A DNA stretch of 64,000 bases from Tabrizicola sp. (GCF_016792905.1 NZ_JAEULP010000049.1:11338-75337); one strand, 5' to 3'; positions 48,062 through 57,136 are shown, counted from the first letter of the stretch. Notes: generated from the sequence alone by a model not told the origin. Numbers and translations are program-made.

Positions 48062-48951
48062 CAGAACAACGCCTTGAAACGCTCGGGCAGCCGGTAGACG
48101 CCCTTGGGCCGCGCCCCGCCGGGCGAGAAATAGACCACCTTCTTCTCGCGCCAGCCCTCGACCATCTCCTTGCGGAACTCGGGGAAATCCACCGTTTCGG
48201 CCCGGGGCTTCTCCTTCGACAGCGCCTGATAGGTATCCCAGGCGGTGTCCCAGCCGGTCTTCTGGCGTTCCACCTCTTCCAGCGCCCCGCTCTGGATCAC
48301 GCGCTGGGCGCGTCGTGTGGCAAGCCGTCCTTCCGTCATGTCGTGGTCGATGAAACGCAGGTGGAAAAGGTAGAGATGCGGGTCGAGATGCAGCTTCGGA
48401 TGGTTGGCGAAATGCCCGCCCGGCGCCATGTCGATCTTGTCGCAGGTGATGCAGGGCTTGGCGTAATTCGCGTTCAGCCGGAAGATGCGCCGCACGTCCA
48501 GGATATTGCGCCCCGCGCTGATCGGCTCCGGCTCCAGCGTCGGGTTGTGCACCATCTCGATCGCGAAGGGCGTGATCACCCGCGGCCCGCCCCTGACGGC
48601 ATACTGCTCCAGATAGTCCGGCAGGCTGTCCGACACGGCCGGATCGACACAGACGATCTCGTCCACATCCCCCACCAGCACCCAGTTGTAGAAATTGGTG
48701 AACCCCGTGGTCAGCCGCGACAGCATCTGCCAGCGGCGCTGGTTGAAGCAGTTCCGCGTCTCGTCAAAAGGCAGATAGATGACATTGCAGCCTTCGGCGA
48801 TCTTCCTGTGCTCGGGGTCGCCGCCGTGGCTCAGGACGAACAGGTTCTCGCGGCCCAGCTGGCGACCGTAATATCCGACCCAGCGCGAGAGGAAGAAGTG
48901 ATCCCCCCCGACCATGGTCATCGCCATCATCCGGCCGCGTGTCTGGTCCAT
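48061..48951 (-). CDS. GT-A-like glycosyltransferase-family protein (DXD)
   Basis: FFLSRWVGYYGRQLGRENLFVLSHGGD...VLVGDVDEIV. The start is uncertain (48951 preferred; the track start at 49083 lies inside repeat A). Confidence 0.5.
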   Translation of the reverse strand: MDQTRGRMMAMTMVGGDHFFLSRWVGYYGRQLGRENLFVLSHGGDPEHRKIAEGCNVIYLPFDETRNCFNQRRWQMLSRLTTGFTNFYNWVLVGDVDEIVCVDPAVSDSLPDYLEQYAVRGGPRVITPFAIEMVHNPTLEPEPISAGRNILDVRRIFRLNANYAKPCITCDKIDMAPGGHFANHPKLHLDPHLYLFHLRFIDHDMTEGRLATRRAQRVIQSGALEEVERQKTGWDTAWDTYQALSKEKPRAETVDFPEFRKEMVEGWREKKVVYFSPGGARPKGVYRLPERFKALF

Positions 48952-49030
48952 GTCCCCGCCCTGCCCATGGCCCCGCATAGCATGAGGTCGAAGCCGGGGC
49001 CTAGAGGGGAGCCGAGAGGAAACTCCCAAG

Positions 49031-49154
49031 CCTTTCACATTTGCCCAAGTATCCTCGGGGGTTTGGGGGTGGAAAACCCCCAATTGCCCGAGCCGGTTGC
49101 GCGTTCTTCACGCGCAGAGGCGAGACAAGGAGTCTTCGCGCGTCAGCGCTCAAT
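49031..49154 (-). repeat. Intergenic composite repeat, copy A (REP/MITE-like)
   Basis: The 40-nt core 49115-49154 matches 55092-55131 at 39/40 positions. It also shares GCCCGAGCyGGTTG and a CTTTCAC...AAnTATCC arm, and carries an extra hairpin GGGGGTTT...AAACCCCC. Confidence 0.8.
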
Positions 49155-49183
49155 CTGAAAACCGCCCGCACTGGGCACGACGG

Positions 49184-50146
49184 TCAGGTCGCAGCCCCCA
49201 CCTTCCGCGCGTTCACCGCGCCGCGCCGCGCGCGGCGGATGAAGACCTTCTCCTCGTCAGGCAGGTCCTGCCCCAGCCGCAGCATCGCGTCCGCCGCCTG
49301 GATCACCAGCTGGTGCCGCCCCCGGTTCGCTGCCGCCGCCAGCACTGCCCGCTGCCATTTCGTCACCGCCCGCCGCGCGCGGTAGGCCTGCCAGAACGCA
49401 TGCCCCGCGCCATTGCCCTCGACCAGCGCGTCGATCAGCAGCGGGAAGGTCCCGGTCTTCAGCACCACCCGGATCGCCTCATGCGTGGCGAAGGGCAGCC
49501 GCAGAAGCTGCACGTTCGCCCCGGCAAGCCGTGCGGCATGGGCGCGGTCCTCGGGCACCATCGGGTCAAAGACCACCACCGCCCGGCGGATGTAGGGTAC
49601 CGCCGCCGCCGCATCGAGAAACGGCATCCCTTCCCAGTTCGACCGCTTGACCGAATAGGGAAACCGCGCCTCGAAGGGTGCGATCACCCGGTTCATCGTG
49701 GTCTGGGGCGAGAAGGCCAGCACCCGCGCCTCGGGGATCAGCGGCGCGAAATTCAACGCCGCGAACCCCCCCATCGAGGCGCCCGTCAGCACCACCCGGC
49801 GGAAGCGGCGAAAGAAGCCCCGCTCCTCCAGTCCCCGCAGCAGGGCAGGGGCGGTCGGCTGGCGGAACCAGTCCTTGGCATGGCTCTGCACCCCCAGCAC
49901 CGAATGCCCCATCGGCTCCAGCCGCTTCCAGGCCCAGGGCCCGCGCGGCCAGCCCTCGTCGATCGTGGCGAGGTTGTCGAAGGACACCACCAGCGCCCCG
50001 TCCAGCGCCCCGTCCTGATCCGGTCCCCGGCCCTCGAACCACAGGTTCGCATGCTCGCCCCGGATCAGGAAGCGCCGCGCAGCCACGGCCTCGTCCAACC
50101 CCATCTCGGGCGGAGTATCCAGTGGCGGTGGGGCTTCGGCGTCCAC
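49184..50146 (-). CDS. Alpha/beta-hydrolase-like protein (GxSxG)
   Basis: VVLTGASMGGFAALNF nucleophile elbow. 320 aa. The GTG start abuts the upstream stop; an alternative ATG lies at 50104. Confidence 0.55.
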   Translation of the reverse strand: MDAEAPPPLDTPPEMGLDEAVAARRFLIRGEHANLWFEGRGPDQDGALDGALVVSFDNLATIDEGWPRGPWAWKRLEPMGHSVLGVQSHAKDWFRQPTAPALLRGLEERGFFRRFRRVVLTGASMGGFAALNFAPLIPEARVLAFSPQTTMNRVIAPFEARFPYSVKRSNWEGMPFLDAAAAVPYIRRAVVVFDPMVPEDRAHAARLAGANVQLLRLPFATHEAIRVVLKTGTFPLLIDALVEGNGAGHAFWQAYRARRAVTKWQRAVLAAAANRGRHQLVIQAADAMLRLGQDLPDEEKVFIRRARRGAVNARKVGAAT

Positions 50147-50893
50147 TCAAAAGGCCCAGCGCAGATAGCGGCGCAGCGCCGACAGCGTCGCCCGGTCCCC
50201 CGGATCGACCGAGCCCTGCAGGCACCGGTCGGGCCAGAAGATCACCTCGTGCAGCAACGACTGGCCCAGCATCTTCGCAAGCCCGCTCCGGTTTGACCGG
50301 CAGCCGATGAAGAAATCCGCCCGGTGCGCCAGCCCCGGCACATTGGCGCTGGCCTTTGCCTCCTCCTCGCCCATCCCCAGGCGCAGGCTGCGCCCGTCGA
50401 AGGACATCAGCGCCAGCTTCACTCCGCGCCCCTTCGGCACCGGCAAGGACAGCGACACCGAGTTCATCTTGTCCTTCGCCAGAAGCCGTCCCTCGCCCTC
50501 GGTCAGGAAGATCATGTTGTGCGCCTGCCCGGTGAAGACCGACGCCAGCGTCTTGGCCTCGCCGTCCGAGGTGTAGACCACCGCCATGGTGAAGGCCTCG
50601 ACCTCGGGCGCAAAGCCCGGCAGGGTGAAGCCGCAGTTCATCCCGTCGCGGCAAAGCAGCGCGCCCGGCGGCCCCGGCTCGAACCGACTGTTTCCCGTGT
50701 TCGGACCTGCCGCCACCGCCTCGACCGCCATCCGCGATTCCCGCCAGCCGGTGATCGCCTCGCCCGTCCGGACCAGATCCTTTTCGCGGGCGATGAACCG
50801 CGCGCCGCCGCTGCGCAGGACCATCTCCGAAAGCAGCCGGTCCTCGCCTCCGATCAGGGCGCCGGGTGGCAGCCTCATCGCGATTTCAAGCAT
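50147..50893 (-). CDS. Hypothetical beta-rich protein (possible LamG / concanavalin-like fold)
   Basis: I prefer the ATG at 50893 because it overlaps the upstream TGA by 1 nt (the track TTG start is at 50929). The fold guess rests only on alternating hydrophobic patterns. Confidence 0.5.
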   Translation of the reverse strand: MLEIAMRLPPGALIGGEDRLLSEMVLRSGGARFIAREKDLVRTGEAITGWRESRMAVEAVAAGPNTGNSRFEPGPPGALLCRDGMNCGFTLPGFAPEVEAFTMAVVYTSDGEAKTLASVFTGQAHNMIFLTEGEGRLLAKDKMNSVSLSLPVPKGRGVKLALMSFDGRSLRLGMGEEEAKASANVPGLAHRADFFIGCRSNRSGLAKMLGQSLLHEVIFWPDRCLQGSVDPGDRATLSALRRYLRWAF

Positions 50894-51699
50894 CACGCCT
50901 CCCCCTCCTGGCCATCTTGCCGGGGGCAAGGACCTGCCGCAAGCCCGCGCGCCCGGCCCCCGGTCGCAACCCCGCGGACAATCGGCATCACCTGCGACAG
51001 CACCGCCGCACCGAAAGCCGCATTGTGGTGCTCGAAATCCTGCTTTCTCAGATGGTCGTCCACCGCATATTCAACGCCGGTGAAGATGCCATCGACCACC
51101 GTCTGTTCCGGCTGGCGCAACAGCGTGATGCCGTCCTCTGCCGCAACCGCTTCCAGGATGCGCCAGAACCCCGGCACCCGCTCGGCGATCAGCACCGCGA
51201 CCTCGGGCGGAAAGGCCCTGGCCAGCTGCGGGGCATTCTCGGTGGCATAGGCGGTCGGCGCCAGCAGGATGCGGGCTGTCCCGTCCGCTGCCAGCCCCCG
51301 GGCCAGCTGATAGCCCTGAAGCCGACGCAGATCGTCGGTCAGGATGCGCCGCTGCAACCCCTCGCTCAGCAGCGGGCCGGCGGACAGCAGGGTCAACACC
51401 CGCTTGAACAGCGGCCAGACATAGACCCGCGCGCCCATCACCAGGATGACGTCGAAATCGGCGGCAGGCAGGAAGGTCCGCCCCTTCGCGTTGAACTTGG
51501 CAAAGCGCATCGCGGTGAACTCGTCCGTCGGATGGATCGCCCCGTCGCGGACCCGCAAAAAGCGGAACCGGCCCCCGACATGGCCCCAGTATTCCAGATC
51601 GACACCCGAGACATCGACCAGCCCCTGAACCTCGGCCTGTTTCAGGCAGGCATAGTGGCTGTCCCCGAAGATGCAGAACCGCGGCAGGCCCTCAGCCAT
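50893..51699 (-). CDS. Hypothetical protein with an N-terminal FGDSH motif (possible SGNH-like hydrolase)
   Basis: RFCIFGDSHYAC. 268 aa. Its start overlaps the GSCFA gene end by 8 nt. Confidence 0.5.
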   Translation of the reverse strand: MAEGLPRFCIFGDSHYACLKQAEVQGLVDVSGVDLEYWGHVGGRFRFLRVRDGAIHPTDEFTAMRFAKFNAKGRTFLPAADFDVILVMGARVYVWPLFKRVLTLLSAGPLLSEGLQRRILTDDLRRLQGYQLARGLAADGTARILLAPTAYATENAPQLARAFPPEVAVLIAERVPGFWRILEAVAAEDGITLLRQPEQTVVDGIFTGVEYAVDDHLRKQDFEHHNAAFGAAVLSQVMPIVRGVATGGRARGLAAGPCPRQDGQEGEA

Positions 51700-52792
51700 G
51701 GCGCCGATCCGGCGCGAAGGCGGCCAGGATCTCCTCTTCGCAGCGCAACTCCTCGGCTTCGCTCAATTCCGGCTCCGGCGCCTCTTCCGGCAACGGCACC
51801 AGGGCAGCGGGTGCGGGCGGCAGGGCCGCCACGGCACCGAAGGCCGCCGCCTGGTCGCGGAAGAACTGCGCCATCACATGATCCACCCCTTCCGGCAGCA
51901 CCGACCGCAGGTTCGATGCGAAGAAGCGCCCCCGATAGGCCGGATGGGTGATGATCTCATAGGAGGGAAAGTAGTCCACCCGCGGCTGCGCCCGCACCAG
52001 CTCGGACGCCACCGCGCGCAGAAGCGACTTGGAATGGCTGGTCGCCGTCAGCACATGGTTCCCCGAGGCTGTCGCCGTCAGCGGCACGGGCGAGACGGTC
52101 AGCAACACCTTCAGCCCCCGGTTCACCCGGAACAACAGCCGCAGGGCCGCCGTCATGTCCGCCATCAGCGCGGCGAAGCCATGGTTCACGAAGCCATGCG
52201 CCTCCGCATCGAACGTGCCCGCCACCGTGCCGGGGCAGACCGCGTATTCCACCCCGGTCGCGCGGTCCTGCCAGGCCTCGGTCAGCCCCATGGTGAAGAC
52301 GAAGACATGCGACCCCTTCACCGCCGCGGCAATCGCCGCCAGCGTTTCCCTGCGCGAGGCGCAAAGCTCCTCCGGGCTGACAAACCCTCCCGGCTCCACC
52401 CCCGGACGGAACGGGTCGTAGAACCGGCCGTCCTTCTCCCAGACGGCCTCGGGAACCGGCACATCGGTCAGCGCCCAGCTCAGCCACTGGTGCAGCATCC
52501 GGGGCGTGTAGATGTTGCCGGTGCGGAAGCTGAAGGTGCCGTAGTGATAGTCCTTCCGCTGCTCGGCCGTCAGCCCTGCCGGTCCGGGCTCGAAATCCAG
52601 CCAGCGATAGCGCCGCGCGACCAGCGCTTTCGCGAAATGCTGCGCAAAGCATGACCCCGCGGTGACAATCCGGGTTCGCCGCCTGATTTCATGCCGGGGC
52701 TTCCACAGGCCCGTGATCTCCATCGCATCCCGTTCGGCGACGGCGGTGCGCCAGAAGCGGTCCTCGGGCAAGGTCTCATAGGGGTGCGACAT
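51692..52792 (-). CDS. GSCFA-family protein
   Basis: The family-defining motif RIVTAGSCFAQHF. 366 aa with an acidic C-terminal tail. Confidence 0.7.
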   Translation of the reverse strand: MSHPYETLPEDRFWRTAVAERDAMEITGLWKPRHEIRRRTRIVTAGSCFAQHFAKALVARRYRWLDFEPGPAGLTAEQRKDYHYGTFSFRTGNIYTPRMLHQWLSWALTDVPVPEAVWEKDGRFYDPFRPGVEPGGFVSPEELCASRRETLAAIAAAVKGSHVFVFTMGLTEAWQDRATGVEYAVCPGTVAGTFDAEAHGFVNHGFAALMADMTAALRLLFRVNRGLKVLLTVSPVPLTATASGNHVLTATSHSKSLLRAVASELVRAQPRVDYFPSYEIITHPAYRGRFFASNLRSVLPEGVDHVMAQFFRDQAAAFGAVAALPPAPAALVPLPEEAPEPELSEAEELRCEEEILAAFAPDRRHG

Positions 52793-52904
52793 GCGCGGGC
52801 GGTCCTTGGGCTTTGACCGGAATAGGACGAACTGGCTGCGGGAAGGTCAACCGCTTTCCTTTGCCGCTCTCCACAGGCCTCCTGCGGCGTGGTAGCCTCG
52901 CCCC

Positions 52905-54161
52905 ATGCCCAGCCTCTGCCGCGACTGCCTGACCCTGACCGATGCGGCGCCCTCCCGCTGCCCCTCCTGCCGGTCGCCACGCATCGTGGCGCACGTTGAA
53001 CTGGCCCAACTCTCCATCGCCCACATGGACTGCGACGCCTTCTATGCCTCCGTCGAAAAACGCGACAACTCCGCCCTGCGCGACCAGGCGGTCATCGTCG
53101 GCGGCGGGCAGCGCGGCGTCGTCTCCACCTGCTGCTACATCGCCCGGATCAAGGGCGTCCGCTCCGCCATGCCGATGTTCCAGGCCCTGAAGCTCTGCCC
53201 CGAGGCGGTGGTGGTGAAACCCCGCTTCTCCGCCTATACCGAAGCCTCCCGCGCCATCCGCGCGATGATGGAGGAGCTGACGCCTTCCATCGAACCCCTC
53301 TCGCTGGACGAGGCTTTCCTCGATCTCACCGGCACCGCCCGCCTGCACGGCGCGCCCCCCGCCGTGCTGCTGGCAAGGTTGACCAAGCGGATGGAGGACG
53401 AGCTGGGCCTCACCGGCTCCATCGGCCTCTCCCACAACAAGTTCCTCGCGAAAATCGCCTCCGACCTCGACAAGCCGCGCGGCTTCTCGGTCATCGGCAA
53501 GGTCGAGACGGAAAGCTTCCTGAAGCCGAAACCCGTCCGGGTCATCTGGGGCGTCGGCACCGCCACCCAGACCGCGCTTGAATCCGCAGGCATCCGCACC
53601 ATCGCCGACCTCCTCCGCTGGGACCGCGCCGACCTGACCGCCCGGTTCGGCCAGATGGGCGACCGGCTCTGGCATCTGGCGCGGGGGATGGACACCCGCC
53701 GGGTGAACCGCGACGAAAAGCTGAAGTCGATCTCGAAAGAGACCACCTTCTTCGAGGACACCTCTGACCCCGACCTCCTCGACGGCCATATCTGGCGCTT
53801 GTCCGAACAGGTGGCGGACCGCGCCAAGGCCAAGCGCCTGTCGGGCCGCACCGTGACCCTCAAGCTGAAGAAGGGCGATTTCCAGCTCGTCACCCGCCGC
53901 CATGCCCTGACCGACCCCACCCAGCTCACCGACCGCATCTACCGCGCCGCGAAGGACCTCTTCGACCACGCAGGCACCACCGGCCCCTTCCGCCTGATCG
54001 GCGTCGGCATCTCCGACCTCGCCCCCGAGGACCAGGCCGATCTTTCGCAGGACCTCCTCGACCCCAACGCCACCAAACGCGCCGCCGCCGAACGCGCCAC
54101 CGACGCCATCCGCGCCAAGTTCGGCGCCGAGGCGATCATCAAGGGCCGCGCCCTCCGCTGA
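52905..54161 (+). CDS. dinB: DNA polymerase IV (Y-family) with an N-terminal Cys4 extension
   Basis: HMDCDAFYASVEKRDN and SLDEAFLDLTG catalytic motifs. The N-terminus reads CRDC-x12-CPSC. Confidence 0.9.
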   Translation: MPSLCRDCLTLTDAAPSRCPSCRSPRIVAHVELAQLSIAHMDCDAFYASVEKRDNSALRDQAVIVGGGQRGVVSTCCYIARIKGVRSAMPMFQALKLCPEAVVVKPRFSAYTEASRAIRAMMEELTPSIEPLSLDEAFLDLTGTARLHGAPPAVLLARLTKRMEDELGLTGSIGLSHNKFLAKIASDLDKPRGFSVIGKVETESFLKPKPVRVIWGVGTATQTALESAGIRTIADLLRWDRADLTARFGQMGDRLWHLARGMDTRRVNRDEKLKSISKETTFFEDTSDPDLLDGHIWRLSEQVADRAKAKRLSGRTVTLKLKKGDFQLVTRRHALTDPTQLTDRIYRAAKDLFDHAGTTGPFRLIGVGISDLAPEDQADLSQDLLDPNATKRAAAERATDAIRAKFGAEAIIKGRALR

Positions 54162-54260
54162 CCCGCTCCTCGCTTGCGTCCCGCATCGCTCCTCGCTGAT
54201 CGTCGGTCGCGACGGCGCGACACCGTAGGGTGCGCTACAGCGCACCACCGACGCGTCCAA

Positions 54261-54953
54261 TCAGGGCCGCCGGATGAAGTCGCCCATATGCACTTGACGA
54301 TAGAACGGTATGTTGTCTGCCCGCCCCGTTGCAGGCCCAAGTGCCGGTTCGGGATACGGCCCCAACCACCCCAACGGGCCCTCCACCACTCCCTCCGTCA
54401 CCGCCTCATCGGTCACCTCCACCACCACCGTCGTCAACCTCACCCCCGGCCCGAAACTGGCGGCAAGATCGCCCGGATCGACCAGCTTCACACTGGCCGG
54501 GTCCGCGATTTCGCCAAATGTCACCAGCATCGGATACTGACCCTCCGGCACCGTGATCACCCCCGCCGCCCGGTCGCGCTTGTCGCGGACCTCATCGAAC
54601 AGCGCCCCGTCGATCGCCCGCCCCTCGCGCCCGGCGATCGAGGCCCCGGCGACCGAGCCCATGTATTCCGTCGTCCCCGCCCCCTTGAGAAGCGCAAAGA
54701 GGAACCGCCCCGGCGCGACCTCCACCACCACCGCCTCGCCGGTCAGGTCGTAATACCAGCCCATGCCATCCCAACGGATCCATTGCTTGCGCCAACTGAC
54801 CGCGCTGACCGAGGAGGCCGAGACCTCTCCCGCCGGGGTCGCGACCGTGACGGTCAGCTTCTGGCGCCAAGCGTAGCGGTCCTTGTTGACCACCGCCCAG
54901 ACCAACGCAAACACGACCGAAGCAATCGCAGCAACAACGAGAACCTTCTTCAT
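54261..54953 (-). CDS. Hypothetical membrane-anchored protein
   Basis: 230 aa beginning MKKVLVVAAIASVVFALVWAVV (anchor). No family recognised. Confidence 0.55.
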   Translation of the reverse strand: MKKVLVVAAIASVVFALVWAVVNKDRYAWRQKLTVTVATPAGEVSASSVSAVSWRKQWIRWDGMGWYYDLTGEAVVVEVAPGRFLFALLKGAGTTEYMGSVAGASIAGREGRAIDGALFDEVRDKRDRAAGVITVPEGQYPMLVTFGEIADPASVKLVDPGDLAASFGPGVRLTTVVVEVTDEAVTEGVVEGPLGWLGPYPEPALGPATGRADNIPFYRQVHMGDFIRRP

Positions 54954-55028
54954 CCCGAACCACCCAACCTCAACCGCTCACCCCGACCCTACCACACCCC
55001 CGTCCCCCACTTCCTCCGAAACCCCATA

Positions 55029-55131
55029 GCTTTCACCTGGCACCAAATATCCCCGCCGGAGGCCCTTCGCCCGAGCTGGTTGGCCGAAGGCCAGAGGCGA
55101 GACAAAGAGTCTTCGCGCGTCAGCGCTCAAT
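55029..55131 (-). repeat. Intergenic composite repeat, copy B
   Basis: Same orientation as copy A. The 40-nt core matches at 39/40, and its hairpin is GGCCGAAGGCC instead of GCGCGTTCTTCACGCGC. Confidence 0.8.
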
Positions 55132-55239
55132 TCAACAGCCGCCCCAACCCGCGACACCATCGGGCAGGAAGCGCCTCCCCTCCCTCTCCGTGGGGAGGGG
55201 CCGGGGGTGGGGGGACGCGCGCCAGACATCCTAACATCC

Positions 55240-55301
55240 GGTAAATGTACGCGACCAACCCCTTGATTCCAAAGGATCGAAAAATCTGTCCACCGTGGAC
55301 A
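55240..55301 (-). repeat. Copy 2 of the palindrome-bearing 3'-end element (TGTCCACCGTGGACA on the plus strand)
   Basis: Lies 6 nt beyond the stop of the 55308..56144 gene, when read on that gene's strand. It aligns with 7747..7819. Confidence 0.6.
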
Positions 55302-55307
55302 GCCCCC

Positions 55308-56144
55308 TCACCCGTCGATGAACGCCCGGATCGCCGCCGTGTATTCCCCCGGCGCCTGAAGCATCGCGAAGTGGCTCGCCTCCGGCAGGATCACCAGCTT
55401 CGCCCCCGGAATCAGCGCGGCGATCTTCTCGGTATGGGCGGGCAGGATCGCCTCGTCATGGTCCCCCGCCACCACCGCGACCGGCACCGTGATCGCCGCC
55501 ACCTGATCGTCGGTCCAGTTCGGCTCTCTCGCCCACATCTCGGATATCTGCGCGACGAAGGCGTCGAACTGGTCCGGCGTCGGCGACAGCTTCGCATATT
55601 CCTCGCCCATCCAGGTCGCATAGATCCCCATGAACACCGGATCATCCCCCACCGTCGGGTCCACCCCGTCCGTGGTGATGTTGGCGGCATGGGCAAAGAG
55701 GTGATCCAGCCGCTCCGGGTGGGTCATCGCGATGTCCAGCCCGATGATCCCGCCATCCGACCAGCCCACCAGATCCACCTTATCTACCTTCAGGAAATCC
55801 AGCAGCGCCAGGTAGTCCGAGGCCATCAGGTCATAGCCGTAGGGCTCCTCCGTCCGGGTCGACCTTCCATGCCCCCGGCTGTCGGCCACGATCACCAGAT
55901 GGTCCTGCATCAGGTCGATCACCTGGTTCGCCCAGATGTCGGCATTCCCCAATCCCCCGTGGATCAGCAGGACCGGGTCCCCCGCGCCATAGGTGGCGTA
56001 GTACATCTCGATCCCGTTCACCGGCGCCATGCCGGAACTTGCCGCCGCGGGCATCTCGGGCGGCTTCGGGATCGTCATCCAGCGATCCTCGGCATGGGCA
56101 ATGGTCGCGACGGCGACAAGGGCGGCAGCAAGCGTCAGGCGCAT
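55308..56144 (-). CDS. Secreted alpha/beta hydrolase
   Basis: Signal peptide MRLTLAAALVAVATIAHA, LLIHGG, the nucleophile elbow GWSDGG, and an AGGAGG RBS. Start trimmed from 56198. Confidence 0.8.
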   Translation of the reverse strand: MRLTLAAALVAVATIAHAEDRWMTIPKPPEMPAAASSGMAPVNGIEMYYATYGAGDPVLLIHGGLGNADIWANQVIDLMQDHLVIVADSRGHGRSTRTEEPYGYDLMASDYLALLDFLKVDKVDLVGWSDGGIIGLDIAMTHPERLDHLFAHAANITTDGVDPTVGDDPVFMGIYATWMGEEYAKLSPTPDQFDAFVAQISEMWAREPNWTDDQVAAITVPVAVVAGDHDEAILPAHTEKIAALIPGAKLVILPEASHFAMLQAPGEYTAAIRAFIDG

Positions 56145-56207
56145 CGGCGTTCCTCCTCTGGGATCGGCAAAGACTGACGCCCCGCCCGCCACAGTCAACA
56201 GATTCGG

Positions 56208-57077
56208 CTATTCCGCCGCCAGCTGTCGCGCGGGGCCCGCGACCCCGACCAGTTCGGCCACCACGCCCTCCATCACCCTGCGAAAGCCCTCGAACCCCGC
56301 CAGCGGCGCGACCCGGACCTCGTCCATGTAGAGCGCCCGGTCGATCTCGACCTGCACCACATGCACCCCGCGCGAGGGGCGGCCATAGGCCTGCGCCACA
56401 TAGGCCCCCGCGAAAGGCGCATTCCGCCCCACCCTCAGCCCCGCGCCCGAGAACGCCGCCTCGACCCGCTCCATCACCTCGCGCCCTGCCGTCGCGCCGT
56501 AGCGGTCGCCCAGCACGACCTCCGGGCGCGGCTGGCCCGGCCTGGTATGCGCCTCGATCGCCTCGTGCGGCATGGAATGGCAGTCGATCAGCACCGCCTC
56601 GCCGAACTGGTCCCTTGTCTCTTCGACCAGCCCCGCCAGCGCCTGGTGGTAGGGATGCCAGAACCGCCTGAGCCGCCCTTCGACCTCTGCCAGCGGCAGC
56701 TTGCCGCGATAGATCGCCCGCCCACCCGCCACCACACGGGGAATCACCCCGAGGCCCGAGGAGATTCGCGGATTGTGCGGAGCCCGCGCGATGCCCTCGA
56801 TCACCGCCGGGTCCAGTTCGTCCGCTGCCCGGTTCAGGTCGATGAAGGCACGCGGCGCCCGCGCTGCCAGGAGCGGTGCGCCGAGCCCGGGAGCCATGTC
56901 GAACAGCCGGTCGACAAAAGCGTCTTCCGACGACCGTATCGTGTGGCGGTCCAGCATCGCCTGGTCCAGGAAATCCTGCGGATAGTCGCGCCCGGAATGC
57001 GGCGAGGCAAAGATCAGCGGGCTTGTCCGCGCGCGCGGATGGGTCAGCACATAGGCCTCGGTCTCGGTCCGCGACAA
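56208..57077 (-). CDS. N-formylglutamate amidohydrolase-family protein
   Basis: LIFASPHSGRDYP motif. The start is uncertain (TTG 57077 preferred). The track GTG at 57152 would overlap a sigma70-like promoter for tRNA-Val. Confidence 0.7.
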   Translation of the reverse strand: MSRTETEAYVLTHPRARTSPLIFASPHSGRDYPQDFLDQAMLDRHTIRSSEDAFVDRLFDMAPGLGAPLLAARAPRAFIDLNRAADELDPAVIEGIARAPHNPRISSGLGVIPRVVAGGRAIYRGKLPLAEVEGRLRRFWHPYHQALAGLVEETRDQFGEAVLIDCHSMPHEAIEAHTRPGQPRPEVVLGDRYGATAGREVMERVEAAFSGAGLRVGRNAPFAGAYVAQAYGRPSRGVHVVQVEIDRALYMDEVRVAPLAGFEGFRRVMEGVVAELVGVAGPARQLAAE

Positions 57078-57136
57078 GGGCAGGCTCCCACTTCCTCCCC
57101 TTGGTATAGCCGCAGAATCCGGAAAGCCAAAACCCC

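Noticed and set aside
39202-48097. ORFs 39202..40326(-), 43033..44364(-) and 45539..48097(+)
   Set aside because: They are antisense to the MFS transporter, the TerC-family gene, and the sulfatase plus 472-aa genes respectively, and their composition is highly charged or low-complexity.
52793-52904. LexA (SOS) box upstream of dinB
   Set aside because: Only a single GAAC is present, with no GAAC-N7-GAAC or GTTC-N7-GTTC direct repeat of the Rhodobacter type.
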